Shown: positions 13,009-28,547, numbered from the whole stretch's first letter. The stretch: DNA of 63,972 nt, filler included, from Choristocarpus tenellus KU-1152 (GCA_964200185.2; 9 parts of 9 records of this genome joined end to end with filler, not necessarily neighbours in it); one strand, 5' to 3'. Numbers and translations: made by a program. Notes: generated from the letters alone by a model not told the origin.

Positions 13009-14465
13009 TTGGAGGAAGACTGAACTGGGGGGCTTGATTCTCATTCTATCACTTTTCTACTTGGAAAGCATGGACCCAGGACGTGCTTGCTTTTTTTGTG
13101 TGAACTCCATTATTGGTGGAGTCACCCTGCACTGCATGTCACCATCATCCATAGCTGCATACTGTCAGTCATCAAGCACTGTTGCTGACATTTACTGAGC
13201 GTTGTTGCAGTAGGAATAGCAACTACCATGGTAGGCTAGTGGAGAGAACTGGCTATAAGTCCACAATAATAATATCCAGGTGGTTTGTAGCACACCCAAC
13301 CCAAATTCCATGCAAGGTCACCAAATTATTTCATCTGCACCCAACCTGTTACCTTGTGGATCATGATCATTCTAAAAACAAAAAAACGGAAGTACTGGTT
13401 CGGAGTAATTGCTAGTCCATACTTTATGTCCAAGTGCGATTCAATGTTCATCATATCGAGGCCTGACGGTTTGCCCAGCGCAGTGACCCTTTAAAATAAA
13501 TATCCTTCCAATCCTCACTATCGATGACCTTACCCTTGAAAAGTCTGGGTTGTGCCAAGTGTGAGGGTGAGAAAAAACCATGCCTAGTGTGGGAGTATGT
13601 CATAATTATTAACTATAAATGGGGATAGAGATATCATATTCGCAACCTGGTGTAAGTACGTTAGTTATCCCGGGGAGCCTGTGTCTTCTCCAACTTCTGT
13701 GGTCAGTGGTAACATAAAAATGTTGACTGTCATGAAGTACAAAATAGTCAAATGCACAGTAAAATGTGGAATAATCAAACACTCTTTACCAATTTCTATC
13801 ACGTTTCAGCAAGATTCTGGAGAGTGAAGCTTACACCTGTTTGTTTCCCCTTGTAGTATTGGTATACCCAATTTTGCTCACACTCCACTGATCTATATGT
13901 GACTTGCATTATATGGTTATGCTCTTTTATTCCAGAAATGAATGCGTGTGCCTTGATGATATCAAGCAATCACCCAGCTCGATAGCAGTGCTCACAGGTC
14001 CCTGTTGAGAATATCTCACTGTCCTTCAACGCATATGTGTAGATGAGTTGTGGAATTAGACTAAAAATGACAAAAAAGATTTGGAGGCATTTGCATTTCT
14101 TGCCGTGGGTCAAATCTGGAACAAATCAACCTTACGTCACATTTTGGGTGACTAATGGCACGCAAAGTCCAGTAAGTAATCTGAAGTGACGTGGAAGAGT
14201 CTAGTATAATAGAATGTGGGAGGAAAATGCTTCAAAGTCCCAAATTAAGATTTCACACTGCTCGAGTAGGACCCCTGGCATTGTCTTGTTATTTATCACA
14301 ATACAAGGGGCATAGGCCTCCATCGATGTAACACACGCTCACTCCTCCGAAATTCGGATTCATCATGAACCTTACACCAGCTTGGAGCAAGCCTCGTCAA
14401 ATGTAACAAACTTTCCCTTGACTTCCTTTCACAACCTCTCATCACCAGAGTCCCTCTCACTTGAT

Positions 14466-16256
<1,791 letters not shown>

Positions 16257-16675
16257 CTGTGGAGTTCTCTCCCATTCAAGTGAAAACGCCCCGCTATCGT
16301 AGGTGATTCAGATTAATGAGATGAGGAACGCACACACACACTCACCCTATTCAACCCGAATCGGAATACCGAATTTACTAGGAAGAAAATGAACTGACCA
16401 ATTGAAGATGCCCCGAGTTTAACACAAGGTATTATAATATTTATACACAACATATGACAATTTACTTGTGGACTTCTTGCATACCTACCAACCAGCACAA
16501 TCAGTGCAGAAGTTTCAATACTCAGAGAGAAGTGGGCAGACTTTCACCGATAGGATCCTTGGTCTTCACTACCAGGTTGCACTCTCTACGATCCACTGAA
16601 GCCCTACAGTGGTGAAACTTCCAGTGCAATACCTTGAGTCACAAGACTTTTGCCACTACAGAATTCACCACGAAA
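16257..16675. promoter_or_regulatory. Short head-to-head intergenic region, probable bidirectional promoter
   Basis: About 420 bp between the divergent start codons at 16256 (-) and 16676 (+). Confidence 0.45.
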
Positions 16676-17343
16676 ATGACATTTGGACTTGCTACATCGG
16701 TTGACCATGGAGTAACAATGTTCGTTGGGATCCTATGGGCGGCATTGATCTGTGGTGAGCTTTGGATAGAAAATTGTTCTGGAAGAAGTTGAGGGGTGGT
16801 TTAGAGGAAAACTCTTCATCGAGGACCTTTTCGGTGATGGTCTTTCGTTTATGGTGATAAATCTTCCAGGTAAGTAAGACTCCCAGGATGATTCTGTTCT
16901 TGAAGGCCCGATATAACCATTCATTTCCACAAAACCTACTGCTAGTGTGCTCTCTTTTGGCTTGTCTCTATCTCCGCGAGGGTGTTTCTCACCATCTAAT
17001 ATGTAAGGTGGTGTGGCACGGTATTTTTTTTGTGAGGCGATAACCTGGTCGATCTTTGCCGCCAATCCCCCCAGGAACGTCACATGCAGCGAAAGCTAAG
17101 GTGGTGACCGAGGTTGAGACAAGTCCTAGTCTGTGGGAAGTTGTGTACTCCTGGTGGCAAGGTGTTTCCTCCAACATTCCTCAAGACCCATCCTTCTGTT
17201 GTTACGGGGCTGGGGCAGTGGTTGGGCTGTTTGTCACCTATTTCATTCTGAAGATTGTCTTCGACAAGGAGCCCTACCTATATAACAGTGGAAAGTTGGG
17301 ATCCATTGAGGAGAAATCGGTGTTCGTGAAGAAGTGCGCCTGA
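16676..17343 (+). CDS. Small (115 aa) type I membrane protein with C-terminal KKXX motif; exons 16676-16754, 17075-17343
   Basis: Exon 1 MTFGLATSVDHGVTMFVGILWAALIC ends at G|GTGAG and joins in phase 1 to CCCCCCAG|GA. TM segment YGAGAVVGLFVTYFILKIVF. Ends ..FVKKCA*. Confidence 0.7.
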
Positions 17344-17939
17344 TGGGAGCAATCGTTGTCTAGGCGCAGATGTCTTTCATTTTATAGTGTACGGTAGTAT
17401 TGGTTTTCCAGGCGTGTAGTTGCAGTGGTTCTCAAAACCGAAGCAGAGGTATCAATTACATAATACACATGCAATTGTACAGTAACATCCATCTATTCCT
17501 TGCTTACTGCTCAATTACACCCCCCACACCTCCCAATCCTAACAAGCAGCAGGGAAAATAACTCATTCAATGACTGTATGATCAATTCCCTACCAAAATT
17601 CAGGAATCGAGGTTGAGATTGAACCGTTAACTAGGTTTTTCCTGCTCACCGCACCCTTTAATTTGCCTCATCCCCTCAACACAGCAACTCAATCTTAGTT
17701 GAATATGTATCCCCCTCCTACATCGTCTTACACACATCTTGTTATTGGAGTGGATAATGCAACCTTGCCATGTGGTTTGTGTACTCCTGGTGTTTGTATT
17801 CTGCTTACTGCACTCTAGCAGTTGAGTGTTGATAAGCGTGTCCACATTTTTTTCAAGTTTTGCTGAGTGACTTTTTTTCATTTTATAGATTATTAACATT
17901 AATATCCTAGTGACCGTGACGCAGTGCGGACAGAGAGCA

Positions 17940-20900
17940 TCATCCCGTAACAGTAAAGAATACACAGCCCTTCCTGGCTCTTCCTTCCAGAGCCTCTAAC
18001 AATGCTTGTTGTGTTTCTGTCCATACTGATGCACACCTCTGATCCTCACATGCCCGCCTCTGCCGCTCAAGTTTGCGGGGCAACTCCACTGACCCCTGCG
18101 ACACTACTATCACAAGAACATTTGGGGGTAGTCCTGCCAGTATTTTTAGCACTCGCAGTTCATGTCCTGCCCCTGCCCAGGCTACGTCCAGCTTCGACAT
18201 GAAGATGGTATGCTCCTTTTCCTCCCCTGCTGCAGCACTGGCCTCTTGTACAGTGGGCATTTTTGGGCCCTCCAGATCAGCCCATACCTAGAACAGAAGC
18301 AACGCCCCATGGAAAAAAAATGGCCGTGTTCGTTTGTGATAGATTTTTTGAAAGTGCAGGACTATGAGTAGACAATTGTGTACCCAGAAAAGAAAATAGA
18401 GGAGGGGCTCAAATATCTTGTTTGCTGGTGAAGAACACTGTACAGATCGAAAATAGAGTTGGAAAGAGTATTGATTTCCGGTCATCAGACTCACCTCATC
18501 ATCACACTCATACAAGCATTTGTCACTAGATGGATACACAAATCTTCTTCTAGACAGTTACGGCAAGCAATGGATGTTTTCCGTTTAGCTGCAGGACTCT
18601 CTATCCAAGCAGCCTCGCTACGCAAAACCACAGCAGTCACACCTGCAAAAAAAAATAAAGATAAGCTTCAACAACACTTCCCACTACAAAGCTCCAATAT
18701 ACATAGAAGTGGTAAAGTAATAGAACCAACCCATTCCAAACGGGGAAGGGCAGCACATTTGCACGGTGAACTGGATTGACATGGTGTACTCTTTCTTATC
18801 TTTGACTCGAGAATCCATTTGCATAGCTCCAAATGCACACTGCATTTAATAGTCAATGTGGAAGTTGAACCATCAATGGTTTTGGGCCTGTTGCTCAATT
18901 TGTCGACCAAGCTAAAGAGCACCCCAGAATATCAGACGTTTGGAAAGTGCTATTGGATCAAGGCAAGGTATGCACCACACTCATGACAGTAGACAGCGAT
19001 TGGCCTCTGTCCGATACTACTGAAAGCCTGAAGGGATGGATCTCATTGAACGTACTAGGGCTTCAGGTCAGCAAGGCTTCAGGAAAGATACGCCTCCAAC
19101 AACACAAAACCCCCAAAACACTGAAGAAACAGATGACCCCACCAAGAACCAAATGCTAAACAACATACTGCACAAGTGCCTTGACCACAAACACAATAGC
19201 GCAATGATTTTCTAATATTTTCTTGGCATTGCCACCCACACAAGCGAGGCCGTCAATCACCCCCCCCTCCCCCGTCTATGAAATCTTGCCCCCCTCTCCC
19301 CCTGCTGCCTGTTATCAATGCTCACCAGTTGAGGCATTTCACAATTGCCTCTTGCCTGCCGCATCTGCTTGATTGCACTCTGGACCACGTTATCGTCCGA
19401 AAAAGAAGGGAGGGCAGACACACTGCCCAAGGCATGTTTTCGGCAGACCTGCTGAACTGCTATCATCACACAGGGCACACGCTTCCTGAGGTGAAATCAC
19501 CACAAACGTGACAAGGAGCAGTGTTGTGATGGTGGATTACAGGGGGGAGTGTCAGCACCGAGTGACCTCCCCTTTTAAGCCCAAATGGGAAGCATTGGGG
19601 GAAACAAGTTGGGAGGACCACATCACGACAACCCTCTTGTACAGCACAGTAGAACTCTACTCCAGAGCAGTTATCAATCTTGCAACGAGCCATATTATTT
19701 CACAAAATGTTTGCCGTCATAATAGTACCATACTTCACCTCGCCGAGATCGAAAGGGGACAAGAAAGAGCGGCCTATTGAATAAATGCATGCGTCTTATA
19801 TTTCGACAAATCTCTACCACCCCAAAAGCTTACAGACAAGACTTATCGAGAAGAGGCGATCTCCTCACATGGCTAACATTTCACACGGGCATGCTACAAC
19901 ACACTACGACACACCATAACAACAAAACAGACTCAAGTCTAAGCGTGGTTGCCACCATCGTGCCTCAATCACGCAAACCCTGCTGCAAGAGCTCTAGAAA
20001 CTTCAATACCATTGCATTACTCCCATCCTCATTTTCACCAACTGCACAGACTATTTGTCCCACCTGCTCACCAATACTCCCAACACTTTTGTTGCCCAGA
20101 TGGAAAATGGAAGCTGGTGAACTGCGCATCGAATCGTACCACCTATCTCAACCACTCTAGGGGTTAGGGATCCCACCCGACCAATCTAGATTGTCCTAGT
20201 CTTGTCAACAGCTAATGATCGGAAGTGAAATAATAGTCAAGTACTCACTCTACTCCTGCTCCACCAAGATGTCTCCTACCTGTTAAGTTTCTGGAATACA
20301 CTGTGAGAGCACCTCTCCATACCAAAGTTCAGCCCTTTAGATAACTTAAGCTGAGCGAGCTCCAGGGCTGTAGAGGCATCCTCCTGACTATTGTGTCCTT
20401 TTTGTGAATCCTGAATGGTTTTCTGGAGGTACCTGGAAGGCGTCCAAGGGATAAGGTTTTGTGAGAAATTAACAAGCAAAAGTGGAAGTGACTGCCAGTG
20501 CATAGTATGCTTCAGTTCGATAGTAATATACCTAAAGAACGGGGGGAAAGATAGTTGCAGGAAAAATGAAAGTGCAGGGGTTTTTGTGGCATTGACCTCA
20601 CTATACTACAGTCCTATGCAGAGTGGGCTGTAGCAACTCATCTGCATTACACCCCCACTATATCCATCTAGCAACTCATAATGAATTGCCTTGAGAAGGC
20701 AAGCACAGGACCATAGGCAGCAAAAAAATATTCCCAACTCATCAATATCAGGATGATGGCAACAATACAAAGATTGGCATCTGATTTTCTTTTAATATCA
20801 ACCAATCATTCACCACCTCCCCACCAACCCAGTCACACAAATACCCAGCAGGTGGACACACGCACATCCAAACACAAGGAAATTAGCACAACCCTATCCC

Positions 20901-23156
20901 TAACACTGAGGGTAACAAGTACGCCTTATCAATGGCGACCATAGAGGTCACCACCACGTGCACCTATAAATCATGTCGATTCATATGACATACCAACCCA
21001 CATTGTAGCCAGGAAACGCAGCGATGACCTCTTTCCGGGCTTGGAGTGGGGAAAGAGCACTGATGTGTCCATGCAACGCAGGTGAACAAGTTGCAAGGCC
21101 CTGAGGTCATTATCTAGTGAGTGACCCACCAAGATGTCATCTTCGTGTACAAGGTGCAGCAGAGCAACCTGGACTTGGCAGAGTCGGGTGTTCACCCCTG
21201 ACAAGAGCTCTGGTGTGATCCCACTCCACCTGCACCAGAGAGATTTTGAGGAGCAGGGTGGGAAAGGGGGAAGTGAAGAAGGAGGAATAGTAAGTGAGAG
21301 ATGCAAGAGGGTTGGGCAACACCAATTGAGCCTATCTTCACAAGGGAGTTAGGGTTAGGATTTTCAAATGCACCAGCACCAGCAACATCCCATTGGTGGT
21401 CTTGTGTCTCCTGTAGTGGGCAAAGGTACATGGTCGCAGGAGTTGTGGTATGTTGCTAAGGTGGTCAACAATAGAGTACTTTGAAGTAATAACAAGGAAC
21501 GGCAGAAGAGGTATGGCAACATTCTCACTTGCACACCCTAGTGATTCTTACTTGGACAAACTACTGACAGGAGGCCGGGGTGGTTTATCCTGCCCCAACC
21601 ACCCCCTCTCATAGAGGCGGTAATGGCCCAATAAAGGCCAGCAAGACACAACTTAAATACGGCACAAAACATGTTGCGGCTGGTCAGACAAGAGAAACAT
21701 ACAATTAAGAGCAAGAGGTAACTACTTGTAGAGAGTAATGCTCGTGTTCTGCTTCGCACCTTGTGACATAATCAGTTATCTCGTTGAATGGTTTCACTAG
21801 CTCATCCAGGACCACCTCATGCAATTCGTTTACAAGCGTCACCCTTGTCAGCTCAAGCCCTTCCTTCGTCATACACATTTCACAGTCAAGCCCAAACATC
21901 TTTCCCTTCCACTTCCTCTCAACTTGTTTGAGTTCCTGCACCTGGCCATTCCCATCAACATTGTCTGAAGGTTGAGTCTGCACATGCCCAATCAAGCCAG
22001 GTACTTTACGCAGCCCTGCAATGAAATTTTTTGCCTCCTCTGATGTGATAAGACCCTTCTTCTGCCCCTCTTCCAGTTCACACCCAGTCCTACCTGGACC
22101 ATTTGGGGTGGTACTTGGAGTATCTGAAGTGTCCACATGGGCATCATCGGCCGACATGGCAGTAGCTCCACTTTTTGCAACTGATATGCTCTTGCCATCC
22201 TGCCCTGGATAAGCAGGCTCTAATTCTTGGGCGGCAGGGAGAGGAAAGCCGTTTTCCGCAAGCTGGGCAATGGTAAGAAGAAATGGTTCCACATCCCACT
22301 GCAATTGCTTGTCCTTCCCCTTGCAACCTTCTCTCCCCTCCTCACCCTCACGTTCTACCTCATCCTTACATCCACGTTCACCCTTTGAACTGTCCTCGCT
22401 CAAGTAGTTATCCTCCCCCTCCTCACTCCCATCGATTTTGTCCTTGCCACCCTTGCCCTCCACTCCAACCCTATCATCCTCCACCCTCTCAGGATCTCCT
22501 CCGAGGTTCCTGTTAGCCTTGCCCTTCTTTCGAGCTCCAAGCGCACGCTTCGCATTCCCATGCTTTGTTTTCCTCTTCCTCCCGTTAAAGGGTCCATCAG
22601 GGCACAGCTGCTCATCTTCACCCATAGGAGCATAGAGCAAGGACTCAGGCAGGGACTTTACAGACGCAACGCCCTTCTTCCCCCCCCCGGTGCCGACACG
22701 TAGTTCAGCACACAGGCTAAAGGTATCCCGAAAGCTCTGGTTAAAGCCACCGAGAGGGCCTGACAAACCCTCCACTTTGTCGTTCCCACTCTCCCCCCCA
22801 TCGCATGAATTTGGCGCGGCACCACTCAGGGCAACCACCAAAACCCCTCGAACAGCGTGCGGATTCCTAATCTCTGCAAACTTGGGAGCTTTCGAGAAGC
22901 TGGCAGCATGAAGGATGAGTTCGCGTACCTCCTTGGTGGACAGGGAGGGTTTGAAGCCGTGCCTCTCAAGGTGAGTTGTGAATAGAGGCTTTACGCAGAC
23001 CCCAAGCTCCTGGCACTCGCGCATATCCTTTATAGTGTCAATACCACCAGCTGTTGCCTTATTTTGAAGCTTCTTACGCCTCTTGCGCACCTGCTTCGTG
23101 CCCGATTGTGGAGCAGGAGAGCGATTGTCGTGGCTGCAGACGTCGGCATCGACCAT
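17940..23156 (-). CDS. REX1/REXO-family DEDDh 3'-5' RNA exonuclease; exons 23156-21760, 21229-21002, 20432-20280, 19485-19326, 18287-17940
   Basis: Exo[32 protein letters not shown], Exo[15 protein letters not shown], Exo[11 protein letters not shown]. All introns are GT-AG with consistent phases. Confidence 0.9.
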
Positions 23157-23699
23157 AACTTGATACTTCGAATGGATTCTACCCCTTGCCTTATTATTTT
23201 TGACCGAACGTCTTTAGTGGTTCACGAAGATAGAGGATAAGGGTTTTACAAACAGTCGAGCTTCAATAGGGTCCACGTCTCACTCGTCCACATTTGCGAT
23301 CGCGTTGCGAAAGTGGTGTACTTGTCGATGAGTTTTCAATTTTAAGGAAGGGGAGTCTTTTGTTTTTCTCTCTCCTTTTGGTCATCCTCCACAAAATATA
23401 TTGTTGCACCCCATACCATATATAGATCACACCACCGCACCTTCCTTGCCAAACACCTGCACACTATTTTCCGCGAGATTCCATGCTGTTGAGTTGTGGG
23501 TTGACTACTCCTATTTCACAAGAAGCAAGGCACGAGCAAGGAAAAAGTAGAGAACTCTCTCCAGCGAAGGGTGACCATCTCGGACCTTGTATAGCAATGA
23601 TGGTATAGTAGTCTTACGTGTGATGTTGGGAACTCGAAACAGAAAGATGGTGGTGATCACTTGAGATGTCCGAATTATGGCAGCGAATGGCAAGAACGG

Positions 23700-25290
23700 G
23701 GCGAAACATCCGGTGTGCTTTTGACACGGGCTTGATCTTGTAGATGTGATGTGATTAAGTTCGAAGAGAAGGCGAGGTGAAAATCTTGCTGTGATTTTTC
23801 CGACCCGAACTACTGCACATGCAGTGGGACTGGAAGTAAAGGAATTAATCCTGAAACGGATCGTTCGTGAGGTTGAGTATATCGGCAAGCAGATGATGAA
23901 GGTCCAGCGACTGATGGCATGCCATTCAACTGGGCTACCTTGACAGAAGAAGTCCTGTAGACAGCCAAGGATGTTTTCTTTGATGTATTCTGGGAGAAGC
24001 TGCACATCGTGCTATAGCAGCCGCCTGCCAAGGATATTTTTCTCCTGATGGACGGGAATGTCTGGACTGGAAAGAGAGGCGTGGGTGGAGGAGATTGTGA
24101 CAGCAGGGTACTTGAGACATATTGTCATTATGATGTGTTGGCCTAGAGTGGTGAGCGCCTGTTTAGGTTTTTCAGCAATAAATGCTAAGAGACCTGCCCT
24201 TGGCAACACATCCTTTAGTGCACCCAAGGGAAAAGGGGCTAACACAAAATTGGGTAAACCAGTTTGAGAAGGGGTAACTTCATCTTGATAACGATCTCAC
24301 ACACCTGCTCGAATGCTGTCTCATGTCCAATGTGAGGGTGCATTTGTGCTTACCAAAAGCATAGAATTACACTATTCTCTCAGTATCGGTTCTACTCCTT
24401 AGTCGGTTTGCCCCCAACTAAAACTCTTGCACTAGAAGAAAGAGGTATTTTGCCCGACTGACAAGCTCTGGTATTTAGTTGACCATAAGGACTGAATTGG
24501 CGGGTTAGATTGCTGCAAGAATGCTATGAACAGGAGCAGTGACAAACAAGGACACAGCAAGCGCAACAGCAGAATTCAACAGTGTAGCAGCTTTATACCG
24601 AGCCTATTTTTAAAATCTGGAACACTGCCACCCTCTTCGTGAAAAGTGTTGCCAGGAGAGTGGCATCCAAAACACATACCATCACAAGCAAGTTTCTGGG
24701 AGATCCAGGAGGAGCAAGAATGAGAATGGAAATAATATCGTGCAAACTCCCAGAGCCTTACCTCCAAAACAGGCATTGAAGGTGAACTACCAAACAATTC
24801 AAACAGGTGAGGGGTTTTGAAGGAGATCCTTGACACCTACACAAGGAAGATGAAAGACTGTATTCGTAGTGGAGATCAAGGTCCCAACCCTCAAAAGGGT
24901 TCAATGTAGAGAGGACCAGAGTACCCCCCAACACATCCACAACAAAACTGGCATACCACTGAGAAAGCGAGGGTCTGTCAAGGAACAGTGGGGGCAACAC
25001 CTGGAACAAGAGGGCATACTATGAGTATGTCATGTCCACTGTGGAGTGTTAAGCTCAGAAACCAGACTGCTCCTTTGCCTGCCAGGAGTTTGGACAGTCA
25101 GAGCATGTGTTTCTGTCCGTGTGTTTTATTGACCTACAGAAAACAGATGATTCTGTCTCCTATGGACTGTGCTTGCAGATTTTGGATTGCCTGAGAAGAT
25201 TATCTCAATCGACCTCAGTTCCATGTTGAAATGTGGGCAAGCATCCGCATAGATGGTGGAGAGTGTATGCACTGGTTTGAGGTAACCATG
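23700..25290 (+). mobile_element. Degenerate RTE-clade LINE (APE endonuclease and RT remnants)
   Basis: Interrupted frames read VGLEVKELI..VEYIGKQMMKV, KDVFF..FWEKL..FLLMDGNVWTGKR, GERL..ALGNTSFSAPKG, CFIDLQKTDDSV, LWTVLADFGLP and FHVEMWASIRIDGGECMHWFEV. Confidence 0.8.
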
Positions 25291-25382
25291 ATGCTCAAGC
25301 ACTTGTCATATGCTGTAGTGGAGATAAAGCAACATGTGTCTCTCAATGATCTGTGGTCAAAGAGGTTTGGTAAAAAAAGAAA

Positions 25383-25641
25383 GGGCCAAAGTATCTTAGA
25401 GGTGGAACCGCGTTCGTTTGGGGACCAAAATACAATGTTGCGATTTTGATGAAATTTTGACTATCGTGTTTGTTAGGAAGTGTCAATATCCTTGTTCCGG
25501 ACACACCCTTCATAACGTATACATTTTTCCTGTTCCAAAAACGGTTTCGGAGTAGGTAAAATGTCATCAAAAACCCATGGGAAACCAAGCCCCTAACGGA
25601 CAAACAGGGCAAAACGCGCACCCTCTAAAATACTTGCACTC
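25383..25641 (-). mobile_element. MITE subfamily A, full length
   Basis: GGGCCAAAGTATCTTAGAGG ... CCCTCTAAAATACTTGCACTC. Reverse complement of 7767-8026. Confidence 0.85.
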
Positions 25642-26369
25642 AGAGCGAAATATGAGAAGAGTATATACTCCAGAGTATTGATACTAAAAACAAAGATACA
25701 GAATGCAACAATACAGAAAGTGGAAGGTGTTGAATATGGTGAATTTTGTGATTGCAGTAAAACTTGATGTGTGATGGTAGAGAAGGAGCTTGGCAGTTGT
25801 TTCCTGGAATAGGTCGACATGGGATAGCTTAGTCCCAGCAAGTGTGGGATATATAATGAGAGGAGAGCAGGCTTGATTTGTGGAGGGGGTGGGTATATAT
25901 ATGCAAACTGGGTGTGAGGTTAGGCAGCATTGAAGAATTTTCAGCGAGAGAAGTCCAGAGTGAATCTGTTATACTGGTACAATCGCGAGGAAGAATGGGT
26001 AGGACAGAGATTGAAGTGGAGAGAAAAGGAATTTAGGAGCAGGAGCTGGAAGTGCTTGATCGCGAGAGGTGGTTCCAATACACTGGCAGGAAATTGGACA
26101 ACAGGTAATGGGATACATATCTAGTAGTTTGTTTGACATGAATGAACAGCTACATGTGGTGTAGGAGGATAGGGGTGTGGTGGGAGAGTTGGAAGGAAGA
26201 GGGGTGGAGGGAAACAGAAATTTCGATTGAAGGTAAGTACCAACTGTGACAAAAACTTCTTGTCTGAACCATATATAAATATTACAGTCGACTCCACCAT
26301 TCCCCCACTTGTTTATCCTGAAGGGAGGTTGTTGCATATTGACACACTTACACCAAGGGTAATCTAAGA

Positions 26370-26636
26370 GAGTGAAAGTATCTAAGAGGGTACGAGTTTT
26401 GCCCTGTTTGTCCNNNNNNNNNNATTTGGGGCTTGGCTTCCCTCGGGGGTTTTATGACATTTTTCTACTCCAAAATATTTCAGAGTAGGTAAATGTATAC
26501 GTTATGAAAAGGTGTGTCCGGAACAAGGATAATGACACTTCCAAACAAACACGGTAACCAAGATTACATCGAAATCGCATCACTGGATTGTGACCCCCAA
26601 ATGGACGCGGCTCTACCCTCTAAGATACTTTGGCTC
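26370..26636 (+). mobile_element. MITE subfamily A, full length (spans a 10-N scaffold gap at 26414-26423)
   Basis: GAGTGAAAGTATCTAAGAGGGTA ... TACCCTCTAAGATACTTTGGCTC. Confidence 0.85.
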
Positions 26637-27067
26637 AGAGGTATACTCCAAAATATGCTGGGGTTAATGGTGGAATGACATTGATTTAGATGGCCAGACG
26701 ATGGTCAAGTTTTACTCGCCTCAAGATGGAGGAGAAATGATGATGAGGATATATTTAGTGACTCATTTCGGGATGTGGGTGAACATGATATGGATTGTAT
26801 TGCAGCTAAGATTGAGGGGCAAAAGTCCCCTATGATGGCCACGTACATGATGTTACGAAATAATTGGAAGTTCAGGCGGCAAAGGTGAATCTTATGTGAG
26901 GAGGAACACGAGTTGTCTGACCACCTCAACTTGAAGCGCATGTGCAAGGATACTGGAGGTGGTTGACCTTGAACTTTTTTTCTGATGTCGTGGAAATGTT
27001 AACAGATGAAGTGCTGGTATATTCACCTTTATCCCCCCCACAAAATCCCAAAGGCGGCACAAGAGGA

Positions 27068-27604
27068 GGTTCATAGTGTCCTGGAGAGGGTTGGGTGGTT
27101 AGCTCACGCCATCCATTCGAGACCTAGAAGGGTGTTGTAAAAACACCCCAGACTTATGACCATTCTGTGGGTGATTTTCTTTCAGATTTGGTCCAGGCAG
27201 GTGGATGAAAAAGGAAGGTGCGTTCGAATGATGGATATTGTTCTTCCATTTGGCATCTTCACACAAAGGAGTGAAAGTATCTCAGAGGGTACGAGTTTTT
27301 CCCTGTTTGTCCATTTGGGACTCGGTTTCCCACGGGTTTTTAAAGACATTTTACCTACTCCGAAACATTTCGAAGTAGGTAAAATGTATGCATTATAGAA
27401 AGGTGTGTCCGTAACAAGGATATTGACATCTCCTAGCAAGCACGATAGCCAAAACTACATCAGAATCGCAACATTGGATTTTGGCCCCCAAACGGACGTG
27501 ACTCTACCCTCTAAGATACTTTGACTCAAAAGGACAAGATATCACTACAGATTAACAAAGGCCCCGAATGGACGCTTGACCCCCCCACTGAGATACTATG
27601 GCTC
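27068..27604. mobile_element. MITE subfamily D (old copy) hosting a nested subfamily A copy; TSD AGGA
   Basis: Left end GGTTCATAGTGTCCTGGAGAGGG, right end CCCCCCCACTGAGATACTATGGCTC. AGGA at 27064-27067 and 27605-27608. Confidence 0.65.
27269..27527 (+). mobile_element. MITE subfamily A, full length, nested
   Basis: GAGTGAAAGTATCTCAGAGGGTA ... TACCCTCTAAGATACTTTGACTC. Flanks are AAAG/AAAA. Confidence 0.9.
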
Positions 27605-28071
27605 AGGAGACTAACGGTGCTTAGACGATTAAAGATTTGGTGGGGGAAAGCACAGACAGTATATATTTGTTAGGCGGAAGCAGGAATGCTTTTACAGAAA
27701 GGAGGCTGGATTAGGGAGTGGGGAGAAGAGAGAAGAGGGTATGAGGTCCAGGTTCGACTGGGATTGTCTTGATTCCAAAAAAGGAGGGTAAAAGGTTTTG
27801 TGACAAGTGCAGGCTTGTTCATGAACAAGATCGAAGATCTTGGGGTTGGGGCACGAATCTTAAGGAAGGTAGGTAGGAGTCAGGATGGGTGTACTGTTGG
27901 AGGGGCGCAAGATTAGAAGCGTTTGGGGGGGAGAGATGGGAGGGATTGAGAGTGGGGAAGCAGGGAAGGTATACTTGTCTCAGGGGAAAGGTTTCTGATA
28001 ATCCAAACTGGAAGGATGGGTTTTGGGGGACGAAGAGAAGGCATGACTGGAGGAGTGGGCGAGTGGATTGA

Positions 28072-28132
28072 GGGTCGAAGTATCTGGGGGGGGGGGGGGC
28101 TAGCCCAGGGTGTCCGTTCGGGGCCTGACCAG
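28072..28132 (+). mobile_element. MITE subfamily B terminus truncated by contig end
   Basis: GGGTCGAAGTATCT-polyG-CTAGCCCAGGGTGTCCGTT. Confidence 0.75.
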
Positions 28133-28232
28133 NNNNNNNNNNNNNNNNNNNNNNNNNNNNNNNNNNNNNNNNNNNNTTAATTAATTAANNNNNNNNNNNN
28201 NNNNNNNNNNNNNNNNNNNNNNNNNNNNNNNN
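28133..28232. other. Artificial contig linker
   Basis: N44-TTAATTAATTAA-N44. Confidence 0.98.
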
Positions 28233-28312
28233 ACGGTCCCATGCCCCCCCCCCCCACCACCACCACCACCACCACGTCGACAAGCGCCCGGTGATGTATA
28301 CTGAAGAGGTAC

Positions 28313-28426
28313 ATGCAGTGTAAGTATGCATGCACAAAAAGAGATCTACCATGCAGCATAAGTATGCATGCACAAAAAGAGATCTACCATGCAGCATAAG
28401 TATGCATGCACAAAAAGAGATCTACC
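28313..28426. repeat. 38-bp tandem repeat x3 (intronic)
   Basis: ATGCAGCATAAGTATGCATGCACAAAAAGAGATCTACC units at 28313, 28351 and 28389. Confidence 0.9.
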
Positions 28427-28547
28427 GTGAAACCCAATGTAAACTCCCAGCGCACGACGCGTCAGCATGGCTGACTGCCACCGCCGTGTATCTCAATTCC
28501 GAGGGCATCCATCCCACCATTCAACGCCAGCCAAACGGCCACCTGAC

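Larger units (their letters stand above)
25650..28070 (-). mobile_element. Highly decayed non-LTR retroelement-like sequence interrupted by MITEs
   Basis: Minus-strand remnant VAIIGDF (APE-like motif) near 26830, strong purine skew on +, many stops. Boundaries are approximate. Confidence 0.3.

Noticed and set aside
19350-19358. Third GC donor (CAG|GCAAG) in the exonuclease gene
   Set aside because: A strong canonical CTG|GTGAG donor at 19325 has the same phase and gives a sensible PQL-VWADL junction.
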